From assembly GCA_944383975.1 (NCBI GenBank), contig CALWRN010000068.1, positions 5,414 to 69,413 of the forward strand: a stretch of DNA of 64,000 bases. Reading direction: 5' to 3'. The notes beneath the pieces were generated by a model that saw nothing but the letters and a program-made list of their open reading frames with translations, made no database searches and was not told where the DNA came from. The DNA is from an uncultured Clostridia bacterium. GTDB taxonomy: Bacteria; Bacillota; Clostridia; Christensenellales; UBA1242. A program made the position numbers and the translations under genes. Below are positions 10,796-20,223 of this stretch, in pieces; within the stretch, counting starts at the first letter, position 1, and every line of letters starts with the position of its first letter.

Positions 10796-10987
10796 AAACT
10801 TAAAAATTCCCTTTTCTTTAGTTTGCTTGCTATATTATAACATTTATAAGATAAAAATTTAATTAAAATTCAAATGTTATTGTAAATTTTATAAAATTGT
10901 TCATTATAAAAATAAGAAAGAAAATTAATAAAAAACAACAAAAAAGTATTTATTTTTTGAATTTTTATTAGAAAAAGCAAACAGATA

Positions 10988-11016
10988 TTGACTTTAAAGG
11001 GTTATGGTGCTAAAAT
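10988..11016 (+). promoter_or_regulatory. Sigma-A-type promoter for nifS-nifU
   Basis: TTGACT (10988-10993), 17 nt spacer, TAAAAT (11011-11016), with TG immediately upstream of the -10. Confidence 0.5.
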
Positions 11017-11040
11017 TATAATAGTTTAAAGGAGTGCAAA

Positions 11041-12216
11041 ATGGGAAGAAAGGTTTATCTTGATAATGCAGCCACAACATATGTTTCAAGTGAAGTTCTT
11101 GCAGAGATGTTGCCATGCTTTAATGCAATCTATGGTAACAGCAATTCACTTCATAGTTTTGGACGTGAAGCAAGTGCTATTGTTGACAGAGCAAGAGATA
11201 GAATTGCTCATGCAATAAATGCAGCAAAATCAAATGAGATTTATTTTACTTCAGGTGGAACTGAGGCAGATAACTGGGCAATAAAAGGACTTGCTCATGC
11301 TTATTCAAATAAAGGAAAACACATTATTACAAGTCAAATTGAACATCATGCTGTTTTAGATGCTTGTAAACAACTTGAGGAAGAGGGGTATGAAGTTACA
11401 TATCTTCCAGTTGATAAAACTGGTCTTGTAAATATCGTAGATCTTATTCACTCAATAAGAAAAGACACAACATTGATTTCAATAATGGCAGTTAATAACG
11501 AAGTTGGAACAATTCAAAATATTAAAGCTATTGCAAAAATAGCACATGATTATGGTATTATATTCCATACAGATGCAGTTCAAGCAGTCGGAGCAATTCG
11601 TCTTGATGTTCAGGATATGGAAATTGATGCAATGACTTTATCAGCACATAAAATCTTTGGACCAAAGGGTGTTGGATGTTTATATCTTAAAAACGGTATC
11701 AGAATTGAAAGTCTTATTGTTGGTGGAAGCCAAGAGAGAGCAAAACGTGGTGGAACTTTAAATGTTCCTGCTATTGCTGGTTTTGGAAAGGCGGTTGAAA
11801 TTGCTGTTCGTGACATAGTAATCAATCAACAAAAATTGAGAAGCATAAGAGATTATTTCTTAAGAAGTGTTAATGAAAAAATTGAATATGTTCACTTAAA
11901 TGGTCACCCTCAACAAAAAGTTAATGGAATTGTAAACTTATCTTTTGAAATGGTTGACAAGGAATCACTTTTAATGCTTTTAGATATGGATGGAGTTGCT
12001 GTTTCAACAGGTTCTGCATGTACTTCTAATTCAGTTGAGCCATCACATGTTCTTAAGGCAATGGGAATTGAAGATGTTCTTGCAAATGGTTCAATAAGAT
12101 TCTCATTTAGCAAAAATATTTCTAAGAGTGATATAGATTATGTTGTTGAAGTTCTTGAAAAAGATGTAGCAAAATTAAGATCAATTTCAGCATTGACTAA
12201 AGCAGGGAGGAAATAA
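11041..12216 (+). CDS. nifS: Cysteine desulfurase (NifS/IscS class I)
   Basis: YLDNAATT, GGTEADN, PLP lysine SAHKIFGPKGVG, and catalytic loop STGSACTSNSVEPSHVL. Confidence 0.93.
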   Translation: MGRKVYLDNAATTYVSSEVLAEMLPCFNAIYGNSNSLHSFGREASAIVDRARDRIAHAINAAKSNEIYFTSGGTEADNWAIKGLAHAYSNKGKHIITSQIEHHAVLDACKQLEEEGYEVTYLPVDKTGLVNIVDLIHSIRKDTTLISIMAVNNEVGTIQNIKAIAKIAHDYGIIFHTDAVQAVGAIRLDVQDMEIDAMTLSAHKIFGPKGVGCLYLKNGIRIESLIVGGSQERAKRGGTLNVPAIAGFGKAVEIAVRDIVINQQKLRSIRDYFLRSVNEKIEYVHLNGHPQQKVNGIVNLSFEMVDKESLLMLLDMDGVAVSTGSACTSNSVEPSHVLKAMGIEDVLANGSIRFSFSKNISKSDIDYVVEVLEKDVAKLRSISALTKAGRK

Positions 12217-12218
12217 TT

Positions 12219-12617
12219 ATGTATAATGGTTTAATATTAGAAAGATTTCAAAATCCTAGATTTGCTGGTGGTCTTCGTGGTGCAAACGGAACAGGAAAGG
12301 TTGGCAATGACGAGTGCGGAGATGTTGTAAAGATTTACATATTGGTTGACGATGCAGGAATAATTACAAATGCAAAATTCAAAGCTTATGGTGGTGTATG
12401 CACAATAGTTGCTTGCGATATTGCATGTGAGCTTTTAATTGGCAAAACACTGGAAGATGCTTTAAGAATTTCAAATAATGATATACTTGAAGAAATGAGA
12501 AGTGTTCCTGATTCAAAGGAATATACTGCGTCACTTGCTGAGGAAGCAATAAAAAACGCAGTTGAAGATTATTATAAGAGAAAAGAAAGAGAAGAAAGAA
12601 AACAACAAGAAAATTAA
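12219..12617 (+). CDS. nifU: NifU/IscU-like Fe-S scaffold (atypical Cys pattern)
   Basis: FQNPRFAG..ANGTGKVGNDECGDVVKIY and SLAEEAIKNAVEDYY match the IscU N-domain, and the gene is coupled to nifS. The second and third canonical Cys positions are altered (see findings). Confidence 0.8.
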   Translation: MYNGLILERFQNPRFAGGLRGANGTGKVGNDECGDVVKIYILVDDAGIITNAKFKAYGGVCTIVACDIACELLIGKTLEDALRISNNDILEEMRSVPDSKEYTASLAEEAIKNAVEDYYKRKEREERKQQEN

Positions 12618-12620
12618 TAA

Positions 12621-12659
12621 AAAAAGAAGATAATTTTTAAGATTATCTTCTTTTTTTTT
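12621..12659. terminator. Bidirectional terminator between convergent nifU and the ytxH-like gene
   Basis: gaagataat (12626-12634) pairs with attatcttc (12642-12650). It is flanked by an A-run and a T-run. Confidence 0.75.
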
Positions 12660-12682
12660 GTTAAAAAATAAGAAAAAACATA

Positions 12683-12964
12683 TTATTTAAGTTTTTCTTT
12701 TAAATTTTTGACCCCATCATTAATTTTCTTTTCAGTCTTATCTATAATCTTTTCAGCATTTTCTTTAATTTTTTTTGTTTCTTTCTCAAGTTTTTGTTCG
12801 CTTTTTTCTAAATTGTCCATCACTGTTTTTTCTCCCTTGTTAAATACTTGTTTTGTCCCTTGTGAGTGTTTATATAAAATCATACCTGTAACAAGTCCAG
12901 CGCCAAAACCTAAAAGTGTCATTAAGTCTTTCATTGCTCCTCCTTGTTTGTTAGTGTAACCCAC
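12683..12964 (-). CDS. YtxH-like small membrane-anchored protein
   Basis: 93 aa with an N-terminal TM segment (LMTLLGFGAGLVTGMILY) followed by a Lys/Glu-rich helical tail, which is the typical YtxH architecture. Confidence 0.6.
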   Translation of the reverse strand: MGYTNKQGGAMKDLMTLLGFGAGLVTGMILYKHSQGTKQVFNKGEKTVMDNLEKSEQKLEKETKKIKENAEKIIDKTEKKINDGVKNLKEKLK

Positions 12965-13090
12965 TATTTAAAAATTATACAATTTATTAATATAAAAATA
13001 ATGATACAAAGGTTATGTTGAAATAAAGATTAAGAAAATTGATATTGACAATTTGTTAATATAATACTATAATTAAAGTGAAGGTTTAAA

Positions 13091-13579
13091 ATGAAAGAGA
13101 TATTAAAAAAGAGAAATAAAACTTTAACTTTACTTGCTGGTTCTGTTTTAATTGGTATAGCAGGGGCTTGTTTGTTAGCAAATGGAACTATAACAAAAAA
13201 TAAAACAATTTCCCAATTTAAACAAACTGATGAATATGAAAACATTGTTGAAAGAAAAACAGAAGAATTAAATCAGCTTTTAAATGATGGACAATTGACT
13301 AAAGATGAATATGATAATGAATTAAATTATATTGCATCAAATGTTTTTGCTGAAGAAAAAATTGTAGAATCAAAAAATGATTATTATCAGGCACTTAAAT
13401 CATCAGACATTAAAAATATAGTGGGTGGTTCATTTATATTAGGTTCAGCAATTTCAAGTGTTGCGTCTTATATGTATTGTGATAATTTATCTTCAAAATT
13501 AAAAAAAGCAAAAAAGAGAGAGGATATTCTTGCTGCAATACAAAAAAGCAATGAAGATGAAGAAATTTATAATGAATAA
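13091..13579 (+). CDS. Hypothetical membrane-anchored protein
   Basis: 162 aa with an N-terminal TM (LTLLAGSVLIGIAGACLLA), a second hydrophobic segment near the C-terminus, and an RBS GTGAAGG upstream. No family recognised. Confidence 0.55.
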   Translation: MKEILKKRNKTLTLLAGSVLIGIAGACLLANGTITKNKTISQFKQTDEYENIVERKTEELNQLLNDGQLTKDEYDNELNYIASNVFAEEKIVESKNDYYQALKSSDIKNIVGGSFILGSAISSVASYMYCDNLSSKLKKAKKREDILAAIQKSNEDEEIYNE

Positions 13580-13628
13580 AATAAATATTTAATTAAAATA
13601 TAATAAAAAATAAATATCTAAGTTAATT

Positions 13629-13660
13629 AAAAAAGACAGGAAATAAATCCTGTCTTTTTT
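13629..13660. terminator. Bidirectional terminator between convergent genes
   Basis: agacagga (13634-13641) pairs with tcctgtct (13648-13655). An A-run lies upstream and a T-run downstream. Confidence 0.75.
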
Positions 13661-13671
13661 ATGTAATTAAA

Positions 13672-14238
13672 TTAATTATTTTCAACCATAGACTCTTCTT
13701 CTAATTCTTTTTGCATTTCTTTTAAACAATTTTTGAAATTTTCATATTCTTTATTTAAAGAATCTTTTAACTCTGGATGTGCTTTAAGTTTATTTGTTTT
13801 GTAAATATCAAAAGCAGTATCAAGATCTTGTTTGAACGATGACGAAAGTAACATATTAGGATCAACAACTAAAAGCCCACCAATTCCATATTGAGTTACA
13901 ACTTTTAAAGCCATCCAACTTTCTCTTGCGAAACCATTTTCATCAATTTGGCCATCTTTTAAGACTATTCTTGAGTTTTTATCCATTAAAACTCTTTTCT
14001 TTGCATTTAAAAAATAAGCACAAACATCATCATCTCCTTCCCAATGACCAAGATCTGTAACGGCTAAGTCGTTATAGAAATAGAGATTTTTTAATACATC
14101 CACATAATAACCATCTACATTTCTCATTTCTTGTTCAACACCATTTTTAACAATATAAGGTTTTCCAACATAAGAACCTACATCTTTTGTTGTGATATAA
14201 ACATCCTCATTTTTAGTTAAATATTTTTTAATATCCAT
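13672..14238 (-). CDS. Hypothetical protein
   Basis: 188 aa ORF with RBS AGGAGA upstream on the minus strand. No motif recognised. Confidence 0.55.
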   Translation of the reverse strand: MDIKKYLTKNEDVYITTKDVGSYVGKPYIVKNGVEQEMRNVDGYYVDVLKNLYFYNDLAVTDLGHWEGDDDVCAYFLNAKKRVLMDKNSRIVLKDGQIDENGFARESWMALKVVTQYGIGGLLVVDPNMLLSSSFKQDLDTAFDIYKTNKLKAHPELKDSLNKEYENFKNCLKEMQKELEEESMVENN

Positions 14239-14321
14239 ATTAATTCTCCTTACTAGTATTATAGCATAAAAATATAAAATGTCAATATTGAGTTTTATTT
14301 ATATATCACTTTTTATTACAT

Positions 14322-14347
14322 AATAAAAAGCAGGGGAGAATCCCTGC
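14322..14347 (-). terminator. Rho-independent terminator of the SRP RNA gene
   Basis: On the minus strand the hairpin gcaggga-ttctc-ccctgc (14330-14347) is followed by TTTTT (14325-14329). Confidence 0.75.
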
Positions 14348-14349
14348 TT

Positions 14350-14630
14350 AAAATTTCAAGGCTGGGCATCTTATATTGATAAAAACTCCCTAACTGCCTC
14401 ATTTATATTTCGCTCCACCAAAGCTTCCTCATGGCACACCAAAGTGTCCTCTTAATGATGCTACCGTCAGGTCCTGACATGATTCAAGGATTTTGATTGC
14501 ATAAGACCTTAATTTCATCACGGAATACAAATGCACATATTTAAAAAGTTTAAACCGCTATAAGCATTCAACCCCACTGTAGCGGATTGTGGGTAACAGA
14601 GCACCGCTAACTCTCCATCTAGCCCAGCAG
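14350..14630 (-). ncRNA. ffs: Signal recognition particle RNA, long Bacillus-type (scRNA/ffs)
   Basis: The minus strand reads ...GTCAGGACCTGACGGTAGCA..., the domain IV pattern (compare the canonical GUCAGGUCCGGAAGGAAGCAGC). The 5' GCTGGGC pairs with the 3' GCCCAGC as a closing helix. Length is about 275 nt, with its own promoter and terminator and no ORF. Confidence 0.8.
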
Positions 14631-14634
14631 TAGT

Positions 14635-14663
14635 AGTTTAACATATAAATTTATTTTTTGCAA
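14635..14663 (-). promoter_or_regulatory. Sigma-A-type promoter of the SRP RNA
   Basis: On the minus strand: TTGCAA (14663-14658), 17 nt spacer, TAAACT (14640-14635). The predicted start is near G14628. Confidence 0.5.
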
Positions 14664-14816
14664 TAAAAATTTATCTTTTAATATGCGAAGAATGTAAAAA
14701 ATCAATATAATGATTAAAAGTTATATATTAATTATTAAAATTATTTTGTAAAATATTCATTATTTTTATTTTTATATTTTTAATTATATGTTATAATCAA
14801 AATAATGAGGTGGTAA

Positions 14817-15548
14817 ATGGAGAATAGAGAGGTTTTTCAAAATTCTAAACGATTTATTGATGCGTATAATAACATAGATTATGCTTTGAAAACCAGATAT
14901 AATTTAAATAGGGCAATGGGCTTTTCTGATTTAATAAGAAAATCTGTAAGTATGAATTATGTTGTAAGAAAGTATGAAGATGATTTGATTGATTATGGAA
15001 GGCTTAGAAATGCTATTGTTCATAATAATAATGAGGATTTTGTTATAGCAGAACCACATGACTCGGTTGTTGAAAATATTGAACATATTGAAAAACTCTT
15101 GACAACTCCACCAAGAGCAATAGACACTGTTGCAAGAAAAAATGTATTAATTGTTTATGCTGGGGCAAGCATGAGAGATGTAATTATAACAATGGCAAAG
15201 TCAAATTTCAGCAATCTGCCTGTTTATAAGGGTAAAGAACTTATAGGAGTTGCAAATGGACAAAAAATTCTTACATCAATGGGACAATATATGATGGCAG
15301 GTGGAAAATGCTCAAGTTTTCTTGATAATGTTCAAATAGAAGATATGTTGTCATCTTTAGATAATAGCAACTATTATTGTGTAAAACCTATTGACTGCAC
15401 GGTTGAAGAAGCACTTCAAGAATATGATAAAAATCATAAGTTACTTGCAATATTATTTACTAAGAAAGGCACTCCTTCAGAACTTCCTGTTGGAATTATG
15501 ACTGGTGCTAATGTTGTTGAAGCTCAAAAGATTCTTGAAAATTATTAA
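14817..15548 (+). CDS. HEPN-like N-domain fused to a CBS-domain pair
   Basis: The N-terminal ~95 aa is helical and carries YGRLRNAIVH (R-x4-H, nt 15006-15023). The C-terminal ~140 aa has two CBS-like repeats (VIITMAKSNFSNLPVYKGKELIGVANG; EEALQEYDKNHKLLAILFTKKG..PVGIMTG). Confidence 0.6.
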   Translation: MENREVFQNSKRFIDAYNNIDYALKTRYNLNRAMGFSDLIRKSVSMNYVVRKYEDDLIDYGRLRNAIVHNNNEDFVIAEPHDSVVENIEHIEKLLTTPPRAIDTVARKNVLIVYAGASMRDVIITMAKSNFSNLPVYKGKELIGVANGQKILTSMGQYMMAGGKCSSFLDNVQIEDMLSSLDNSNYYCVKPIDCTVEEALQEYDKNHKLLAILFTKKGTPSELPVGIMTGANVVEAQKILENY

Positions 15549-15575
15549 AATTAAAAATTATATAATAAAATTGAC

Positions 15576-15604
15576 TTGACAATGTTTGGGTTATTATTTA
15601 AAAT
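15576..15604 (+). promoter_or_regulatory. Sigma-A-type promoter of the ileS leader
   Basis: TTGACA (15576-15581), 17 nt spacer, TAAAAT (15599-15604). Confidence 0.55.
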
Positions 15605-15611
15605 AAAGATT

Positions 15612-15858
15612 GTATTTGAAAAACGTTGATAAAAGACAAGATTTTTAATTAAAGTTTATCACAGAGAGTTATCGGTTGGTGAAAGATAATATAAACAATT
15701 AAAAGTTATCACTTTTGGAGTTGGAATTGTGAAATAATAGTAATTATTCCCGGGACTTCCCGTTATAGAAGAGGTGGGTGATTGCCTGCTACAATTTAAG
15801 TTTACAAGTGGTTTAAAGTCGCAGTGAGTTCTTGTAACTTATTTTGCGATTTTTTTAT
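15612..15858 (+). promoter_or_regulatory. T-box leader (Ile specifier) controlling ileS
   Basis: Stem I motifs CAGAGAG and GGTTGGTGAAAG match the same motifs in the Tyr leader at 51.2 kb. The candidate specifier is GTT-ATC-A (AUC, Ile). The terminator tcgca...tgcga plus T7 lies at 15818-15857. The T-box 14-mer itself is degenerate (AGTGGTTTAAAGTCGCAG). Confidence 0.7.
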
Positions 15859-15873
15859 TAAAAGGAGATATAT

Positions 15874-18800
15874 ATGTATAATAAGGTTGATACAAAATTG
15901 GATTTTGTAGGTAATGAAAGAAAAATCTTAAAATTTTGGAAAGATAACAACATTATTAAAAAAGGATTAGAACTTAATAAGGGAAGTGATAAAAGTTATA
16001 CTCTTTTTGATGGTCCTCCAACTGCTAATGGAAAACCTCACATTGGGCATCCTTTAACTCGTGTTATGAAAGATATTATTCCTAGATTTATGTCTATGAA
16101 AGGTTATTATATTTATCGTAAAGCAGGTTGGGACACCCATGGACTTCCTGTTGAAGTTGAAATTGAGAAAAAACTTGGTCTTAACGGAAAACAAGATATT
16201 GAAAAATATGGTGTTGAAAAATTTATCAACCTTTGTCGTGAATCTGTTTGGAAATATAAAACAATGTGGGAAGATATGACAGATAAGGTTGGCTATTGGG
16301 TTGATATGGAAAATGCGTATATCACTTATGATAACAACTATATTGAAAGTATTTTCTGGGCACTTAAAGAAATGGATAAAAAAGGACTTATCTATAGAGG
16401 TCATAAAATAGTTCCTTATTGCCCACGTTGCGGAACATCTCTTTCAAAAATGGAAGTAGAAAATGGCGATAATTATAAAATTTTAAAAGAAAATTCTGTC
16501 TTCGTTAAAATGAAAAGTAAAGAGGAGGATAATACTTATTTCTTAGTATGGACAACAACTCCATGGACTCTTCCATCAAATGTTGCAATTTGTATGAATC
16601 CTAACGAAGACTATTCAAAGATTGAATGTGATGGTAAAAATTATATTTTACTTGATAGCCTTATTGGAAATTTATTTGAAGAGGGAAGCTATAAAAAGGT
16701 TTATACAAAGAAAGGAAAAGAATTTGAATATCATAAATATTATCCTTTATTTGATTATGTTCAAGATGAAGTTAAGAATGGATATTATGTAGTCGTTGAT
16801 GATTATGTAACAACTGAAGACGGAACTGGTATTGTTCATATTGCACCTGCATTTGGTGAAGAAGACTATAATGTTGCAAAGAAATATAATTTAACGTTTA
16901 TTCAACTTGTTGATGAAAACGGAAAGATGAGTGATAAAACTGAATTTGCAGGAATGTTTGTTAAAGATGCAGATAAGTATGTTATTGACAAACTTCAAAA
17001 AGAAGATAAGATGTTTAAGGTTCTTCCTTTTGAACATGCATATCCTCATTGTTGGAGATGCGGAAGCCCGCTTCTTTACTATGCAAGCAATGCTTGGTTT
17101 GTAAAGACAACAGCCATTAAAGATAAAATGGTTGAAAATAATAATGGTATAAATTGGGTGCCAGATTATATTAAAAAAGGAAGAATGGGAAATTTCCTTG
17201 AAAATAATATTGATTGGGGAATTTCAAGAAATAGATATTGGGGAACACCACTTCCTTTCTGGGTTTGTGAATGTGGACATACTCATGTAGTTGGTTCAGT
17301 AAAAGAATTAAAAGAACTTACTGGAGCACAAGGTGAATTAGATTTACACAAGCCAACACTTGATAAACTTACAATGAAGTGTGAAAAATGTGGAAAAGTT
17401 ATGCATAGAACACCTGAAGTTATGGATTGTTGGTTTGATTCTGGTTCTATGCCATTTGCACAATACCACTATCCATTTGAGAATAAAGAAACTTTTGAAA
17501 AATCTTTCCCTGCAGATTTTATTAGTGAAGCAATTGATCAAACAAGAGGTTGGTTCTATTCTTTAATTGCAGTTAATACAGCAGTATTTGGCAAAGCACC
17601 ATTTAAATCATGTAATGTTTTAGGTTTAGTTTTAGATAAACATGGACTTAAAATGTCAAAACATCTTGGAAATGGTGTTGATCCTTGGGATATTTTAAAT
17701 AAAGAAGGTGGCGACGCTTTAAGATGGTATTTCTATAATAACTGTGTTCCTGGACAAGGAATTGCATTCAATGAAGATAATTTAATAGAACTTCAAAGAA
17801 AATTCTTAGGAACATTATGGAATGTTTATGCTTTTTATGTTTTGTATGCTGAAATTGATAAAATTGATCCTACAAAGTATAATTTAAAAGATTGCAAACT
17901 TTCATTCCTTGATAAGTGGCTTTTATCAGAATATAATGCACTTGTCAAACTTGTAAACGACGCACTTGAAAATCATGATATGCTTTCTTCTTCAAGAGCT
18001 ATAACAGATTTTGTTGATAAACTTTCAAATTGGTATGTAAGACGCTCAAGAGAAAGATTTTGGGGCAGTGAAGAAAGTGATGATAAGATTGCAGCATATA
18101 AAACTTTGTATGAAGTTTTAGTGGGACTTAGCAAACTTCTAGCACCATTTGTTCCATTTATTTCAGAAGAAATTTATCAAAATTTAGTAAGAAATCTTGA
18201 TAAATCAGCTCCAGAAAGTGTTCACTTCTGTTCTTATCCTCAAGCAGACGAAAAGATGATTGATAAAACTTTAAATGAAGGAATGGATAAAGTTTTAGAG
18301 ATTGTTCTTCTTGGCAGAGCATGCCGAAGTGCAAGCAATGTTAAAAACCGTCAACCACTTGCAGAAGTTATAGTATGCACAAGCAAAAAATTAAAACTTG
18401 AAGATGAACTTGTAGAGTTAATAGAAGACGAACTTAATGTTGAAAATTTAGAGATTTTGCATAATGCTGATGAGTATGTATCTTATGAGATTAAGCCTCA
18501 ATTAAGGACTGTTGGTCCAAAATATGGTAAGGCACTTGGAGGAATCAAAGCATATCTTGCATCTGTAAATGCTGTTGAGGCTGTTTCAAAAGTAAGAAAT
18601 GGAGAAAACCTAGATTTTACTGTTGATGGACAAGAAATCTCATTAAGCAAAGATGATCTTCTTATTACATTAAAAAATAAAGATGGTTATTCAAGTGAAA
18701 CAAACGGAGAAATTACTGTTGTGTTGGATACAAGCCTGACTCAAGAACTTATAGAAAAGGGAATGATTAAAGAGTTTGTAAGTAAAATACAAAATTTAAG

Positions 18801-19005
18801 AAAAGAAAGTGGATTTGAAGTTGTAAATCATATAAAAATAGAAGTAAATGGTGATGAAAAACTTGAAAATCTAATTTTAAAATACTCACAACAAATAATG
18901 AAGGGAACTCTTGCAGATGTTGTTTGCAAAGGTGAAGAAGGACAAAATAAATTAGAATTTGAGTTTGATGGAAATAAAATTGTTGTTTCAATTTCAAAAA
19001 TATAA
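15874..19005 (+). CDS. ileS: Isoleucine--tRNA ligase (long, type-2-like form)
   Basis: PPTANGKPHIGHPLT (HIGH), LKMSKHLGN (KMSKS), and the editing domain TTTPWTLPSN. 1043 aa. Confidence 0.97.
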   Translation: MYNKVDTKLDFVGNERKILKFWKDNNIIKKGLELNKGSDKSYTLFDGPPTANGKPHIGHPLTRVMKDIIPRFMSMKGYYIYRKAGWDTHGLPVEVEIEKKLGLNGKQDIEKYGVEKFINLCRESVWKYKTMWEDMTDKVGYWVDMENAYITYDNNYIESIFWALKEMDKKGLIYRGHKIVPYCPRCGTSLSKMEVENGDNYKILKENSVFVKMKSKEEDNTYFLVWTTTPWTLPSNVAICMNPNEDYSKIECDGKNYILLDSLIGNLFEEGSYKKVYTKKGKEFEYHKYYPLFDYVQDEVKNGYYVVVDDYVTTEDGTGIVHIAPAFGEEDYNVAKKYNLTFIQLVDENGKMSDKTEFAGMFVKDADKYVIDKLQKEDKMFKVLPFEHAYPHCWRCGSPLLYYASNAWFVKTTAIKDKMVENNNGINWVPDYIKKGRMGNFLENNIDWGISRNRYWGTPLPFWVCECGHTHVVGSVKELKELTGAQGELDLHKPTLDKLTMKCEKCGKVMHRTPEVMDCWFDSGSMPFAQYHYPFENKETFEKSFPADFISEAIDQTRGWFYSLIAVNTAVFGKAPFKSCNVLGLVLDKHGLKMSKHLGNGVDPWDILNKEGGDALRWYFYNNCVPGQGIAFNEDNLIELQRKFLGTLWNVYAFYVLYAEIDKIDPTKYNLKDCKLSFLDKWLLSEYNALVKLVNDALENHDMLSSSRAITDFVDKLSNWYVRRSRERFWGSEESDDKIAAYKTLYEVLVGLSKLLAPFVPFISEEIYQNLVRNLDKSAPESVHFCSYPQADEKMIDKTLNEGMDKVLEIVLLGRACRSASNVKNRQPLAEVIVCTSKKLKLEDELVELIEDELNVENLEILHNADEYVSYEIKPQLRTVGPKYGKALGGIKAYLASVNAVEAVSKVRNGENLDFTVDGQEISLSKDDLLITLKNKDGYSSETNGEITVVLDTSLTQELIEKGMIKEFVSKIQNLRKESGFEVVNHIKIEVNGDEKLENLILKYSQQIMKGTLADVVCKGEEGQNKLEFEFDGNKIVVSISKI

Positions 19006-19085
19006 TTTAATTTTGTTAAAATTTATATAAAAAATAAGATTATAAAACCTATTTTATTAGGATATAATCAAATAAAAATAATAAA

Positions 19086-19120
19086 AGACAGATAATTTAT
19101 ATTATTCTGTTTTTTATTTT
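19086..19120 (+). terminator. Probable terminator after ileS
   Basis: acagataat pairs with attattctgt with one bulge, followed by TTTTT. Confidence 0.45.
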
Positions 19121-19202
19121 TGCCTACTTTTTGCTTTAATTAAAGCTTTTAGTTGAAAAAAGTGTTAAAATTTGTTATAATTTTAACATATAAGAGGTAT
19201 TT

Positions 19203-20030
19203 ATGAACTTTAATTTAACAAAAAAACAAAAAATAGAAAGGGCTTGTGGTTATAATCCTATTCTTAAGGGAATTGTTATTGATCAATTTAACAATTTTGA
19301 AAAAGCTAAATCTTTCTCTCTTCCTAAACATAATTATGAGGTTGGAGATAATGTAAAATTAAAAAGCGATACAATTATGCATGATCTCCGTGATGATCGT
19401 CAATTCAATTTTATTTCTCAAAATGGTTTTATTGCAAGAGATATTTTTGAAAAAAAGAGTATGTCTAAATATCCAAGATGTATCAACTTTTATAATGTGA
19501 AAAAAGACAGAACTTTAGCTGATTATATTGATGAATATAGTGGATGTAGCATAAGATGGCTTAATAAGGGGAAAGATGAAATTCATTCTCAAATAATCCC
19601 TTTCACAAAAGTTCATAAAGAAATGATTTATAATAAAAATGCGTGGTTTGCGGAACAACTTAAAGAAAGTCGTTTTATGCCATGTTTACAAAATGATTTT
19701 TCTCCTATTGCATTTATATTGGATATGAGCAGCAAACAAGGTAAGCAATTTATGGAGGCAAATATTGCAAAAGAGAGCTTTGATGATGATGACGCAAGAA
19801 TGTTTGTAAGCAAACTTTCATTTCAACGATTTGTTTCAAAAAAACATTCACACAATTCAGAATTTTCAGACAGAGAATCTCATGTTGTTTACGGAATTCC
19901 AAAATGTTTTGTAGAAGGAATTTTAGTTAATAGAGATTACGAGAAAAAGCAAGAAAAACTTGATATGATTAAAACTGCTTTTCCAAATGCTTATATTTGC
20001 AATCTTGATGGAAAAGTTATTGTTAAATAA
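19203..20030 (+). CDS. Hypothetical protein
   Basis: 275 aa ORF with RBS AAGAGG upstream. No TM segment and no recognised motif. Confidence 0.6.
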   Translation: MNFNLTKKQKIERACGYNPILKGIVIDQFNNFEKAKSFSLPKHNYEVGDNVKLKSDTIMHDLRDDRQFNFISQNGFIARDIFEKKSMSKYPRCINFYNVKKDRTLADYIDEYSGCSIRWLNKGKDEIHSQIIPFTKVHKEMIYNKNAWFAEQLKESRFMPCLQNDFSPIAFILDMSSKQGKQFMEANIAKESFDDDDARMFVSKLSFQRFVSKKHSHNSEFSDRESHVVYGIPKCFVEGILVNRDYEKKQEKLDMIKTAFPNAYICNLDGKVIVK

Positions 20031-20123
20031 ATTATTATCATTTGACATTATTTGTTTTTTGAAATTTTTAATATAAAAATAATTTTCTTTAATTTTTATA
20101 TAAGTTAATATAAGTTAAATTTA

Positions 20124-20154
20124 AGTCAAAGGTTTAATAAATCTTTGACTTTTT
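20124..20154 (+). terminator. Rho-independent terminator
   Basis: agtcaaag (20124-20131) pairs with ctttgact (20143-20150), followed by TTTT. Confidence 0.65.
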
Positions 20155-20223
20155 CATGAAAAAATTATATGATATGAATGAAAATATTTGTTTTATTTTA
20201 ATTTTATTTATAAAAGGATTGAT

